DNA from: a virus
Lineage: Duplodnaviria; Caudoviricetes
Strand: one strand, 5' to 3'
Virus record (IMG/VR): IMGVR_UViG_3300044769_000040
Location: 1 to 62,713 of that record
DNA length: 62,713 bases
Both the position numbers and the translations under genes were made by a program. Below, in pieces: positions 45,391 through 53,659 of this stretch (the first letter of the stretch is position 1; the number at the start of each line of letters is the position of its first letter). The notes below the pieces were generated by a model. That model searched no databases, had not been told where the DNA came from, and saw only the letters and a list, made by a program, of their open reading frames with translations.

Positions 45391-45819
45391 TTGGGCATCC
45401 CAATCCCTGGTGGCTTCGCTGATGTCGAAGATGCATTTGCTCCTCTCCCGCCTGGTACCTACGACGCTGTCGTGTTCAAGGGCGAGCTGAAGGAAGCAGG
45501 AGAGAACGCTAAGAACCCAGGCTCGCAGTACATCGCCTGGGAGTTCAACATCTTGAACGATGGCTTCGAGAAGAGGAAGGCATGGATGAACACTTCCCTC
45601 GTCCCGAACGCTCTCCCGATGTTGAAGCGTTTCCTGATCGCAGTCGGCTACGAAGAGGAGGAGCTCAACGTAGCTGACTTCGAGATTGACATCGACGAGG
45701 TTGTTAGTCGGAATGCTCGACTTGTTGTCGTCGAGAGCACCAATCCCAACACGGACGAGAAGACACACTCCGTGAAGAGGATCCTACCGGCTGGCGCAGT
45801 CGCGTCAGAACTGCCGTAG
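45391..45819 (+). CDS. ssDNA-binding protein (DUF669-like)
   Basis: FAPLPPGTY...WEF; follows the Sak4-like ATPase. Confidence 0.75.
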   Translation: MGIPIPGGFADVEDAFAPLPPGTYDAVVFKGELKEAGENAKNPGSQYIAWEFNILNDGFEKRKAWMNTSLVPNALPMLKRFLIAVGYEEEELNVADFEIDIDEVVSRNARLVVVESTNPNTDEKTHSVKRILPAGAVASELP

Positions 45820-45826
45820 GAAAGAC

Positions 45827-45900
45827 GTAAGAGCGGTATCCGGCTTCGGCCTCTCTATCGCTCTTACAGGGCGAGGGGGTTCTAACGAGCCCCCTCGCCT
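45827..45900 (+). terminator. Tandem hairpins between SSB and primase
   Basis: GTAAGAGCGGTA/TATCGCTCTTAC and GGCGAGGGGGTTC-TAAC-GAGCCCCCTCGCC. Confidence 0.55.
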
Positions 45901-45918
45901 CCATCTCGGGGAGGATAG

Positions 45919-48120
45919 TTGGAACTCGTAGTAATCAGTCCTGAAGTGAACAATGCTAGAAGTTCCTTCTTCAGGGCCTTGTTCGCCAACGAGACAGGAT
46001 ACGTCTGCTTCGCAACCCGAGTCGGTAAGAGGTTCGAGCAGACGTTCTTCAAGTACCCTGAACAACTCGGCAACATGCTCGAGTTCGTCAACAGGAACTA
46101 CCATGGCCAAGATGTCTACTTCTGCCCCCAACTTTTGCGTACGCAGAAGAGGGAGAAGTCCTCAGTCAAGGTTGCCACCTGCATCTGGGCTGACCTCGAT
46201 GAGTGTGACCCAGCGAACGTTCAGCCTCCTCCCTCCTTTTCACTTCTTACTTCTCCAGGGCGATACCAAGGTTTCTGGCTACTCGAAGAACCAGTCAGCC
46301 CTGTGGAAGGTGAGGACGCTAGCCACCGTCTAGCACACATGTACAAGGACCTCGGTGTTGATCAGAGCGGATGGGATTTGACTCAACTGCTGCGAGTGCC
46401 CGTAACGTACAATCAGAAGTACGCCACTGCAGCAGGGTCCCCCGTTATCGACTTTGACACTCGCTACATTTCAGGTACTAGGTATCCCTTCTCCGTGTTC
46501 CAAGAGATGCCTCAGGTGCCAGGGTACGAGTGGACCGATGAGCCGATGCCTAACCTGGATGGGCAGGACCCTGACGCTCTCATTGAGAAGTACAAAGACC
46601 GACTTGATATTCAAGTTCACGTCCTATACACGAAGGAACCAATCAACGACTGGTCAGGCTCACTATGGAACCTAGAGTGTCTCCTGATCGAAGCAGGGGT
46701 ACCGAAGCAAGACGTCTTCATTATCTGCAACGCCGCAGCTTGTAATAAGTTCAAGCGCGAAGGGCTCGACCCCTCATACCTGTGGAGAGATGTGTGTCGA
46801 GCCGATGCCCGCATTGGAGCTCGCCTTCAAGAGGTCACTAGGCAGCAGCCTTTGCCTGAGCTCTTGACGGATAAGGAACGGGAGATAGTCAAGAGCCTGC
46901 CTGACACCTTTGTCGAAGACTACATCAACTGGGCCAAGTCGAGAGGGGATGCAGCGTGGCAGTATCACGAAGCGGGTGCGTTTGTCATCCTGTCACAATT
47001 ACTGTCTGGCGTGGTGAAACTCCCTACTTCGTTCGGGATCATTGTGCCGAACTTGTGGTTCATGATCCTTGCGGATACCACACTGACCCGCAAGTCCACT
47101 GCTATGGACATGGCGGTCGAGATGGTGATGCAAGTAGACCCGGATGCAGTTTTAGCGACGGATGGATCTTTAGAAGGCTTGATGACAGGCTTGGCAGCAC
47201 GGCCTAATCGACCTGGCATCTTCTGGCGAGATGAGTTCAGCGGCTTGCTGGAGATGATCAAGAAGAAGGACTACTATGCTGGCATGGTCGAGTCAATGAC
47301 GAAACTATACGATGGCAAGTACCAGAAGCGGATGCTGCGTAAAGAGGTCCTGGAGATCCGAGACCCTGTTCTCATCATGTTCTGTGGTGGGATTCGTACT
47401 CGGGTTCTTTCGTTGATGGACATTGAGTACGTCTATTCCGGATTCCTTCCTCGGTTCATCTTCATCGAGGCAGCCTCGAACATCGACAACTATCGACCAA
47501 TAGGTCCGATGACAGAGAATCAAGACGATACAAGGCAGAAGCTGGTTCAGGACCTGTCCAAGCTGAGAGAGATGTACTCGGCAGAGATAACCATCAAGGT
47601 AGGCGAGCAGACTGTGACGACAAAACGACAGTGGGAAGCGGTCCTTGATCAATCTCCAGGAGGCACTTGGGACCGCTATAACGAGTTCGAACAGACTATG
47701 CTCAAGTACGGAACTGAAAGCGGCGCGCCTGAGATATACACTCCAGTAATGGACCGCCTCTCAAAGTCAACTCTCAAGGCCGCTGTGCTCCTAGCTGCTT
47801 GTCGTCAGGAGCCGGTAGGTAACGTTCAAGTCGAGATGTCCGATTTGCTTCGTGCCATCTCGTATTGTGAGCACTGGAGAGTTCATAACCTGGACGTAGC
47901 AGCGAACGTCGGGAAGACGTCGAATGAGAAGCAGTTGGATCAGATGCTGACTGCTATCACACGTGAGCCCGGTGTGCCACGTTCCAAACTGATGCAGAAC
48001 TACCACCTCACAGCCAGAGAGGCTGACTGGATCCTAGAAACACTGGACCAGAGAGGTACGATCAGAAGGACGAAAAATGGTCGAAGTGAACGGCTCTACC
48101 CGGCTCTTATCAAGGGCTAA
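45919..48120 (+). CDS. Primase-helicase (RepB'-like primase plus DUF3987-like helicase)
   Basis: WADLD, TSPGRYQGFW, LLRVP; TRKST and RDEF in C-terminal domain. Confidence 0.85.
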   Translation: MELVVISPEVNNARSSFFRALFANETGYVCFATRVGKRFEQTFFKYPEQLGNMLEFVNRNYHGQDVYFCPQLLRTQKREKSSVKVATCIWADLDECDPANVQPPPSFSLLTSPGRYQGFWLLEEPVSPVEGEDASHRLAHMYKDLGVDQSGWDLTQLLRVPVTYNQKYATAAGSPVIDFDTRYISGTRYPFSVFQEMPQVPGYEWTDEPMPNLDGQDPDALIEKYKDRLDIQVHVLYTKEPINDWSGSLWNLECLLIEAGVPKQDVFIICNAAACNKFKREGLDPSYLWRDVCRADARIGARLQEVTRQQPLPELLTDKEREIVKSLPDTFVEDYINWAKSRGDAAWQYHEAGAFVILSQLLSGVVKLPTSFGIIVPNLWFMILADTTLTRKSTAMDMAVEMVMQVDPDAVLATDGSLEGLMTGLAARPNRPGIFWRDEFSGLLEMIKKKDYYAGMVESMTKLYDGKYQKRMLRKEVLEIRDPVLIMFCGGIRTRVLSLMDIEYVYSGFLPRFIFIEAASNIDNYRPIGPMTENQDDTRQKLVQDLSKLREMYSAEITIKVGEQTVTTKRQWEAVLDQSPGGTWDRYNEFEQTMLKYGTESGAPEIYTPVMDRLSKSTLKAAVLLAACRQEPVGNVQVEMSDLLRAISYCEHWRVHNLDVAANVGKTSNEKQLDQMLTAITREPGVPRSKLMQNYHLTAREADWILETLDQRGTIRRTKNGRSERLYPALIKG

Positions 48121-48421
48121 CACGGCCTGGATGGAACTGGGTGCATGCCAGGATAGAGATGAAGACGGCAAGATCTTCTTCCCCGATCCAGGCAACAATG
48201 CCGTCATGGCAAAAAGGATGTGTGCGCGTTGTCCCGTTAGGGAGAGATGTCTTGACTGGTCGATAGAGACCCGACAGATGTACGGGATCTGGGGAGGAGT
48301 GTCAGAGAAGAAGCGTCGTCAGATGATGCACCTTCGTTACGGTAGGACTCCATACTATGCAATCATGGAGGAGGATGATGAAGACATCAGCAATAGTCCT
48401 GCTGTCGGGGGGACTCGATAG
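48077..48421 (+). CDS. whiB: WhiB-family transcription factor
   Basis: AC...FFP...CARCPVRERC...YGIWGG. Confidence 0.92.
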   Translation: MVEVNGSTRLLSRANTAWMELGACQDRDEDGKIFFPDPGNNAVMAKRMCARCPVRERCLDWSIETRQMYGIWGGVSEKKRRQMMHLRYGRTPYYAIMEEDDEDISNSPAVGGTR

Positions 48422-49085
48422 CACGACTGCGTTCTACAAGGCAATGTGGGAACGAGATGATGTCCGAGCGATCTCGTTTGACTACGGGCAACGGCATCGC
48501 AAGGAACTTGAAGCCGCTAGTTACTTCTCACGCCTACACGATGTGCCATGGCACGTTGTCAACCTTCAGACTCTTGGTGGGCTTCTGAAAGGTAGTTCGC
48601 TTAGCGATCCGGACGTCGAAGTTCCTGAAGGTCACTATGCCAAAGACACAATGAAGGCAACGATCGTTCCCAACCGCAACAGTATCATGCTAAGCTGTGC
48701 AGTCGGAGTTGCAGTTGGAAACAAGTTCCAAGAGGTCTGGGCAGCGATGCATGCAGGTGACCATGCCATCTACCCTGACTGTCGACCCGAGTTCATCGAG
48801 AAGCTGAACGAGCTTATCCCGATCGCCAACGCGTGGGAGGATCCTATCCCCAGAGTCATCACGCCCTTTATTGACTACACCAAAGACATGATTGTCAGGC
48901 TCGGATCCGACATGGGTGTCCCTTACGAACACACCTGGAGCTGCTACGAAGGTGGAAAGGTCCACTGCGGCAAGTGTGGGACCTGCGTTGAGAGGCAAGA
49001 AGCCTTCTACCTCGCAGGCGTTCAAGACCCGACCGAGTACGCTGACACCGAGTACTGGAAGGCAGAAACCGGAGTCTCTTCATGA
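48378..49085 (+). CDS. queC: 7-cyano-7-deazaguanine synthase
   Basis: LSGGLDS, VPNRN, YPDCR, SCY...HCGKCGTC. Confidence 0.95.
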   Translation: MKTSAIVLLSGGLDSTTAFYKAMWERDDVRAISFDYGQRHRKELEAASYFSRLHDVPWHVVNLQTLGGLLKGSSLSDPDVEVPEGHYAKDTMKATIVPNRNSIMLSCAVGVAVGNKFQEVWAAMHAGDHAIYPDCRPEFIEKLNELIPIANAWEDPIPRVITPFIDYTKDMIVRLGSDMGVPYEHTWSCYEGGKVHCGKCGTCVERQEAFYLAGVQDPTEYADTEYWKAETGVSS

Positions 49086-49492
49086 TGGAGATAGGCAAGA
49101 CGTTCCAGTTCTCGTCAGGTCATGTTCTGTGGCGGGACGATTGGGACGAAGAGAAGAACATCAAAGTCTTTGACAAGTGTTCTCGCTCACATGGTCACAA
49201 CTACAGCCTCACGGTTGCGATCTCCGGAGACGTAGAGATGGAAACCGGCATGATCATGAACTACTACCAACTAACGGACATCGTCAATCACCTCTTCATC
49301 GACGAATGGGATCACCGTGTCCTCAATAACATCAAGCCCTTTAGCGAGGGCATCCTACCAACAGCTGAGAACATGGTACTAGTCGCTCTTGAGGCGCTGA
49401 AAGCACAGTTCGCCTTGTCAATATGGAGACCTTCGAGAATTCACATCAAGGAGACAGACAAGACATACGCGGAATGGAGGTTCAGTGACTGA
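49082..49492 (+). CDS. queD: 6-carboxytetrahydropterin synthase
   Basis: CSRSHGHNY, DHRVLN, PTAEN, ETD. Confidence 0.92.
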   Translation: MMEIGKTFQFSSGHVLWRDDWDEEKNIKVFDKCSRSHGHNYSLTVAISGDVEMETGMIMNYYQLTDIVNHLFIDEWDHRVLNNIKPFSEGILPTAENMVLVALEALKAQFALSIWRPSRIHIKETDKTYAEWRFSD

Positions 49493-49811
49493 GTACGCCC
49501 ACTCGTTCGGTGTGTTAGACGTTGTCTCGATGCTGAACCGTCGTGACACTGCTTACGTCGTGCCTACACTAGCACACGCCCTCGAGTGGTGGCGAGTCGT
49601 GAGGACGGCTGTGAATGAAGCTCACGGCAAAGACTGTGTGACCAACACCAAGACGGCGTGTGTTCTAAGATGCAACCACAGGGCCCTTCGTTTGTGGGTC
49701 CCTTATGAAGAAGATCCAACTCAACCAATGGACTTCGATCATGCATTCAAGTACAACTGCGACTACGTTAGTCCGTACTTCTACCCAAACGAACTGAGGT
49801 CAATGGTATGA
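49485..49811 (+). CDS. Hypothetical protein in que cluster
   Basis: 108 aa, overlaps both neighbours. Confidence 0.6.
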   Translation: MTEYAHSFGVLDVVSMLNRRDTAYVVPTLAHALEWWRVVRTAVNEAHGKDCVTNTKTACVLRCNHRALRLWVPYEEDPTQPMDFDHAFKYNCDYVSPYFYPNELRSMV

Positions 49812-50086
49812 TTAGCGTCATACAGTTCCCGAACGACGTTGAACGCAAGTACGTTGTTACGGTTCGCATTGCCGATCTTATCCTAGAGAAGCTGACTAAG
49901 GAACAGTTCCGCGAGTTTACTGACTGGGACAAGCAACTACCACTTCTGGGATTTAGTCGAGTAGCCGAGGTGACCAGGTACTCTGACTTTCCGTTCTGTG
50001 ACAAGGTGTTCATCATCAAGACGGACGAAGTAGTCAAGCCAATGTTGTTCGGACATGCTCTACCATACACTGCGGAGGCTCTATGA
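49808..50086 (+). CDS. Hypothetical protein in que cluster
   Basis: 92 aa, ATGA overlaps on both sides. Confidence 0.6.
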   Translation: MISVIQFPNDVERKYVVTVRIADLILEKLTKEQFREFTDWDKQLPLLGFSRVAEVTRYSDFPFCDKVFIIKTDEVVKPMLFGHALPYTAEAL

Positions 50087-50814
50087 GGCTTCTGGAATTG
50101 TACACGACGGTTCAGGGAGAGGGGCCGAACGTTGGGAAGCCAACTACCTTCGTTCGGTTTGCAGGATGTAACATGAGGTGTCCCGGTTGGCCTTGTGATA
50201 CTCCATATGCAATCTTTCCTGAGATCTGGCGGAAGGAGGCAGAGAACGTCCCTCCTAAGGAACTGTTCCTACGAGTCAAGGAACAGACACCGATGCACAT
50301 CTGTATCACCGGAGGCGAGCCTCTCATCCAGAACCGAAGAGAGCTAACAGAGTTCCTTTGGTTCTTGCACAGCAATCGATACACGGTCGATATCTTCACT
50401 AACGGAAGTAGGCCTCTACACGGCTCTGGACCAGATCCTGATAATGAGAAGGTCAACTACCTAATGGACAACATCACCTTCATCATGGACTGGAAGCTTC
50501 CTGGAAGTGGAGAGCACCAGAACTATCTGGCTGAGCGTCATTACAACCTTGGGCAGCTTCGACCAAAGGATGCAGTCAAGCTTGTCATCAAAGACAACAA
50601 GGACCTCAAGTACGCCGAGGAGTACATCGAACGTTGGCACCATAGCTGGAAGCCTGAAGAACGGATCGATGCACAAGTGTACGTCGGTGTTGCTTGGGGT
50701 GAGATGTCAGAAGCTGACCTCGTACACTGGCTCAACGAGAAGGGCTACACCTGGGTCAAGCTCAACGTCCAAGTACACAAGTTCATTTTCGACCCGAATG
50801 AGAGAAGAATATGA
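50083..50814 (+). CDS. queE: 7-carboxy-7-deazaguanine synthase (radical SAM)
   Basis: VQGEG, FVRFAGCNMRCPGWPCDT, ITGGEP, QVHK. Confidence 0.92.
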   Translation: MRLLELYTTVQGEGPNVGKPTTFVRFAGCNMRCPGWPCDTPYAIFPEIWRKEAENVPPKELFLRVKEQTPMHICITGGEPLIQNRRELTEFLWFLHSNRYTVDIFTNGSRPLHGSGPDPDNEKVNYLMDNITFIMDWKLPGSGEHQNYLAERHYNLGQLRPKDAVKLVIKDNKDLKYAEEYIERWHHSWKPEERIDAQVYVGVAWGEMSEADLVHWLNEKGYTWVKLNVQVHKFIFDPNERRI

Positions 50815-50828
50815 ACTGGGAGGGTTAT

Positions 50829-51590
50829 ATGAGGAGAACTATCCTAGTAGGACTGTTGACTATGGGCCTGGTTGCGGTACTCGCGACCCCCGCCTCCGCA
50901 TCGAGCTTCGATATCAACTGCAAGTACACACGCACCCTATCGGACGACCCTATCGTGCTTCCGGGCCAGCCTGGGGCCTCGCATTCACATGACTTCTTCG
51001 GGAACAGGACGACGGATGCCTTCAGCACTTACGACACGCTGATCGGGCAGACCACGTCCTGTAGCTCTGACCCAGGTGACACTGCCTCGTACTGGATGCC
51101 AACGCTCTACAACAATGGGGTTGCGGTCCACGGCTCCCTGAAGGCGTACTACTACAACAAATACACGAGCGTCGGGTCTGTCATCGCTCCCCCTCAGGGG
51201 CTTCAGACGGTGGCAGGGGACTCACACGCAACCGCCCCCCAGTCAACGAAGGTTGTATACTTCGGCTGTGGCAACGGCACGGGAATCTCGAAGGTGACTT
51301 ACCTTCCGAACTGCACCGGTCTGTCTGGCGGCAAGCTACAAATCCATGTCATCTTCCCTGATTGCTGGGACCAGCTTGGCCTCACCCGAGACCACGTCGT
51401 CTATTCGTACAAGGGCGTCTGTCCTGTCGGATATGTGCGGATGGCGCAGCTGATCGAGCGGTTCTCATTCGCCACCATCATCGACGCCCGAGGCGTGACG
51501 TTGGCAAGTGGCCCGTTCTATACGATGCACGCTGACTTCTTCAACAGTTGGAATGAAGCAGCCCTCGCTGCTGAGGTAGCAACCCTGTGA
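50829..51590 (+). CDS. Secreted DUF1996-like protein
   Basis: Signal peptide; DDPIVLPG, SHSHDFFGN, SYWMPTL, FPDCWD, HADFFNSW. Confidence 0.85.
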   Translation: MRRTILVGLLTMGLVAVLATPASASSFDINCKYTRTLSDDPIVLPGQPGASHSHDFFGNRTTDAFSTYDTLIGQTTSCSSDPGDTASYWMPTLYNNGVAVHGSLKAYYYNKYTSVGSVIAPPQGLQTVAGDSHATAPQSTKVVYFGCGNGTGISKVTYLPNCTGLSGGKLQIHVIFPDCWDQLGLTRDHVVYSYKGVCPVGYVRMAQLIERFSFATIIDARGVTLASGPFYTMHADFFNSWNEAALAAEVATL

Positions 51591-51609
51591 GAAACTGGAG
51601 GCGCATCTG

Positions 51610-51870
51610 ATGGGTTGGCAGGACGTTGCGCCGTTGTTGAAAGACTCCAGTGCACGTCCCTTCATTCCGTACAACTTCCTTCGAGACCTCGACCCTAAAG
51701 CCCTCGAGCGTTTGGACGGGATACTTGAGCATCACCTTGAGATGGATGCAAACAATGTGAATGGTGCAAAACACGGTGCACCCGTTACATGTAGGATCTG
51801 TGGTAAGGCATGTGAGAACGGGCATTACCGAGGACAGCACGAGCGTGCGCACCGAGAGGGGAGGATCTGA
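51610..51870 (+). CDS. C2H2-like zinc-finger protein
   Basis: CRICGK...HERAH. Confidence 0.65.
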   Translation: MGWQDVAPLLKDSSARPFIPYNFLRDLDPKALERLDGILEHHLEMDANNVNGAKHGAPVTCRICGKACENGHYRGQHERAHREGRI

Positions 51871-52022
51871 TGGACTGTGTAAACTGTGGTCATGATCAAG
51901 ATGACCATAAATGGTCGGATGAGCAGAGCGCTACCATCTGTACAGGCGATGGTCTTTTCGATGACGGAACTCCCCAATGTGACTGTGACCTGTTCGAAGA
52001 GGATGAGGAGGATGAGGAGTGA
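51870..52022 (+). CDS. Small Cys/acidic protein (50 aa)
   Basis: MDCVNCGH...H...C...CDCDLF; coupled on both sides. Confidence 0.6.
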   Translation: MDCVNCGHDQDDHKWSDEQSATICTGDGLFDDGTPQCDCDLFEEDEEDEE

Positions 52023-52588
52023 CCGACGCAGCAGTTGAGGCGGCAGTGGAGCAACTCTTGAAGTCACTTGGCTACGACGTTGAGGATGAGCAACACCTTC
52101 GAGACACGCCACGTCGTGTAGCCGAGTCGCTAACGGAGCTGACAACTCCAAAGGAATTTCAGTTCACGACCTTCGAGAATAACGACATCGATCAGATGAT
52201 TATCGTCAAGGACATTCCGTTCTACAGTCTATGCGCACATCACCTTCTACCGTTCTATGGCTCAGCACACATCGGGTACCTGCCGAACTCTACTCTTGCA
52301 GGACTATCTAAGATCGCCCGAACAGTGAAGTACTTCATGCGAGGTCTCAATCTCCAAGAGGAGATGACCAATGACATCAAGAACTTCCTGGTGGAGCATC
52401 TCGAGCCAAAGGGGGTCATCGTTGTCCTTGAAGGTCATCATCTATGTATGGCGGTTAGAGGAGCCCAGACGCCTGACCACCTTACTACGACTTCTGCGTT
52501 GGCAGGGGTTTTCTTCGACCCCGAAAAGGGACCAGCCGCGCGAAACGAATTCTTCAGCCTAGTCAGGGGGATGAATGGTAGAAGGTAA
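52019..52588 (+). CDS. folE: GTP cyclohydrolase I
   Basis: DTPRRVA, SLCAHHLLPF, GLSK, HLCMAVRG. Confidence 0.95.
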   Translation: MTDAAVEAAVEQLLKSLGYDVEDEQHLRDTPRRVAESLTELTTPKEFQFTTFENNDIDQMIIVKDIPFYSLCAHHLLPFYGSAHIGYLPNSTLAGLSKIARTVKYFMRGLNLQEEMTNDIKNFLVEHLEPKGVIVVLEGHHLCMAVRGAQTPDHLTTTSALAGVFFDPEKGPAARNEFFSLVRGMNGRR

Positions 52589-52823
52589 CGTACTAGACCA
52601 GCCGTTCCAAGAAGGTGATAACGTCAATCACCCTGCACACTACAATCGGCACCCAAGTGGAGTTGAGACCATCCAGATCACGGAGCACTTCAACTTCTGT
52701 GTAGGGAACGCCATCAAGTACTTGTGGCGATCCGGACTCAAGGAAGGAACGGACGCAGTTCTAGACCTGCAGAAAGCACGTTGGTACGTAGACAGAGAAC
52801 TCAAGAGATTGGGGGCTGAATGA
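52575..52823 (+). CDS. DUF3310-like protein
   Basis: DNVNHPAHY, GNAIKYLWR, DLQKARWY. Confidence 0.85.
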   Translation: MVEGNVLDQPFQEGDNVNHPAHYNRHPSGVETIQITEHFNFCVGNAIKYLWRSGLKEGTDAVLDLQKARWYVDRELKRLGAE

Positions 52824-53659
52824 AGACGGCTGTCATTGCACCAACTGGCCTCTTGAAGAGGTACGCAGCCAGAAGCAAGTACCATCTGTGTCTTGCTCAT
52901 CTATGCCAAGATGAGAATCCTTACTCCACATTCTATCGTGAAGCGTCCGATCGTGGTGAGTACGTCATCTTAGACAACTCCATCATCGAACTTGGTGAGC
53001 CAATGAACGAGCTTCAGCTCTATCGCGCCATCGACATTGTTCGTCCTACAGAGTTTGTCTGTCAAGACTTTCCTCGCGATCCTCCTACGACACACTTCTG
53101 GGCAATGGAGAAGGGTGCACAACTGAAGAAGCTCTACCCTGACATGAAGCTGATGGTTGTTCCCCAGTGGGGACAAGGTAGAGTCTTTGAAGACTGGTGG
53201 GCGAGCTTCCTGTGGCTCAGGAACCTTCCGTTCGCTGACACAATCGGGTTGCCTAAGTTCATCCGTGGTGGACGGTTCGTTGCAGCACAACGACTAGAGC
53301 AGGAGCCAATGCTCCGCCTCGATAAGGAATTCCATCTCCTAGGCACATGGGGCAATCCTCTCGAAGTCAAGGATATGACTCGCTACAAGTGGATCCGTGG
53401 AGTCGATAGCAAGGCACCTGTTCGCTTCGGCCAGTACGGAGTAGCTCTTCATCCAGAACGCGGTCTACTATCTGACTTCCGTGATGCAATCCCAGCACTC
53501 GAGTTCAACAACGCAGACGACCCAATGCCAGTAATCACGGACCATAATGTTAGAACCTATCTCACGTGGGCTCGAGGCGAACAAGATGCAAAGGTTCTTC
53601 AGTTCCCTTTACCTGAAGAAGGCTTTGAGACAAAGAGTAGGATCTTCAAGGGGCCGTAA
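52820..53659 (+). CDS. Divergent TGT/DpdA-like transglycosylase (putative 7-deazaguanine insertion enzyme)
   Basis: ILDNS, HLLG, GVDS echo TGT-fold DSG/HxxG/DS motifs; lies in the que cluster. Confidence 0.65.
   Translation: MKTAVIAPTGLLKRYAARSKYHLCLAHLCQDENPYSTFYREASDRGEYVILDNSIIELGEPMNELQLYRAIDIVRPTEFVCQDFPRDPPTTHFWAMEKGAQLKKLYPDMKLMVVPQWGQGRVFEDWWASFLWLRNLPFADTIGLPKFIRGGRFVAAQRLEQEPMLRLDKEFHLLGTWGNPLEVKDMTRYKWIRGVDSKAPVRFGQYGVALHPERGLLSDFRDAIPALEFNNADDPMPVITDHNVRTYLTWARGEQDAKVLQFPLPEEGFETKSRIFKGP

Noticed and set aside
48378-52588. que genes as auxiliary metabolic genes for host tRNA queuosine or folate
   Set aside because: No QueF/QueA, and they sit next to a DpdA-like gene and the DNA polymerase, so DNA modification is the better explanation
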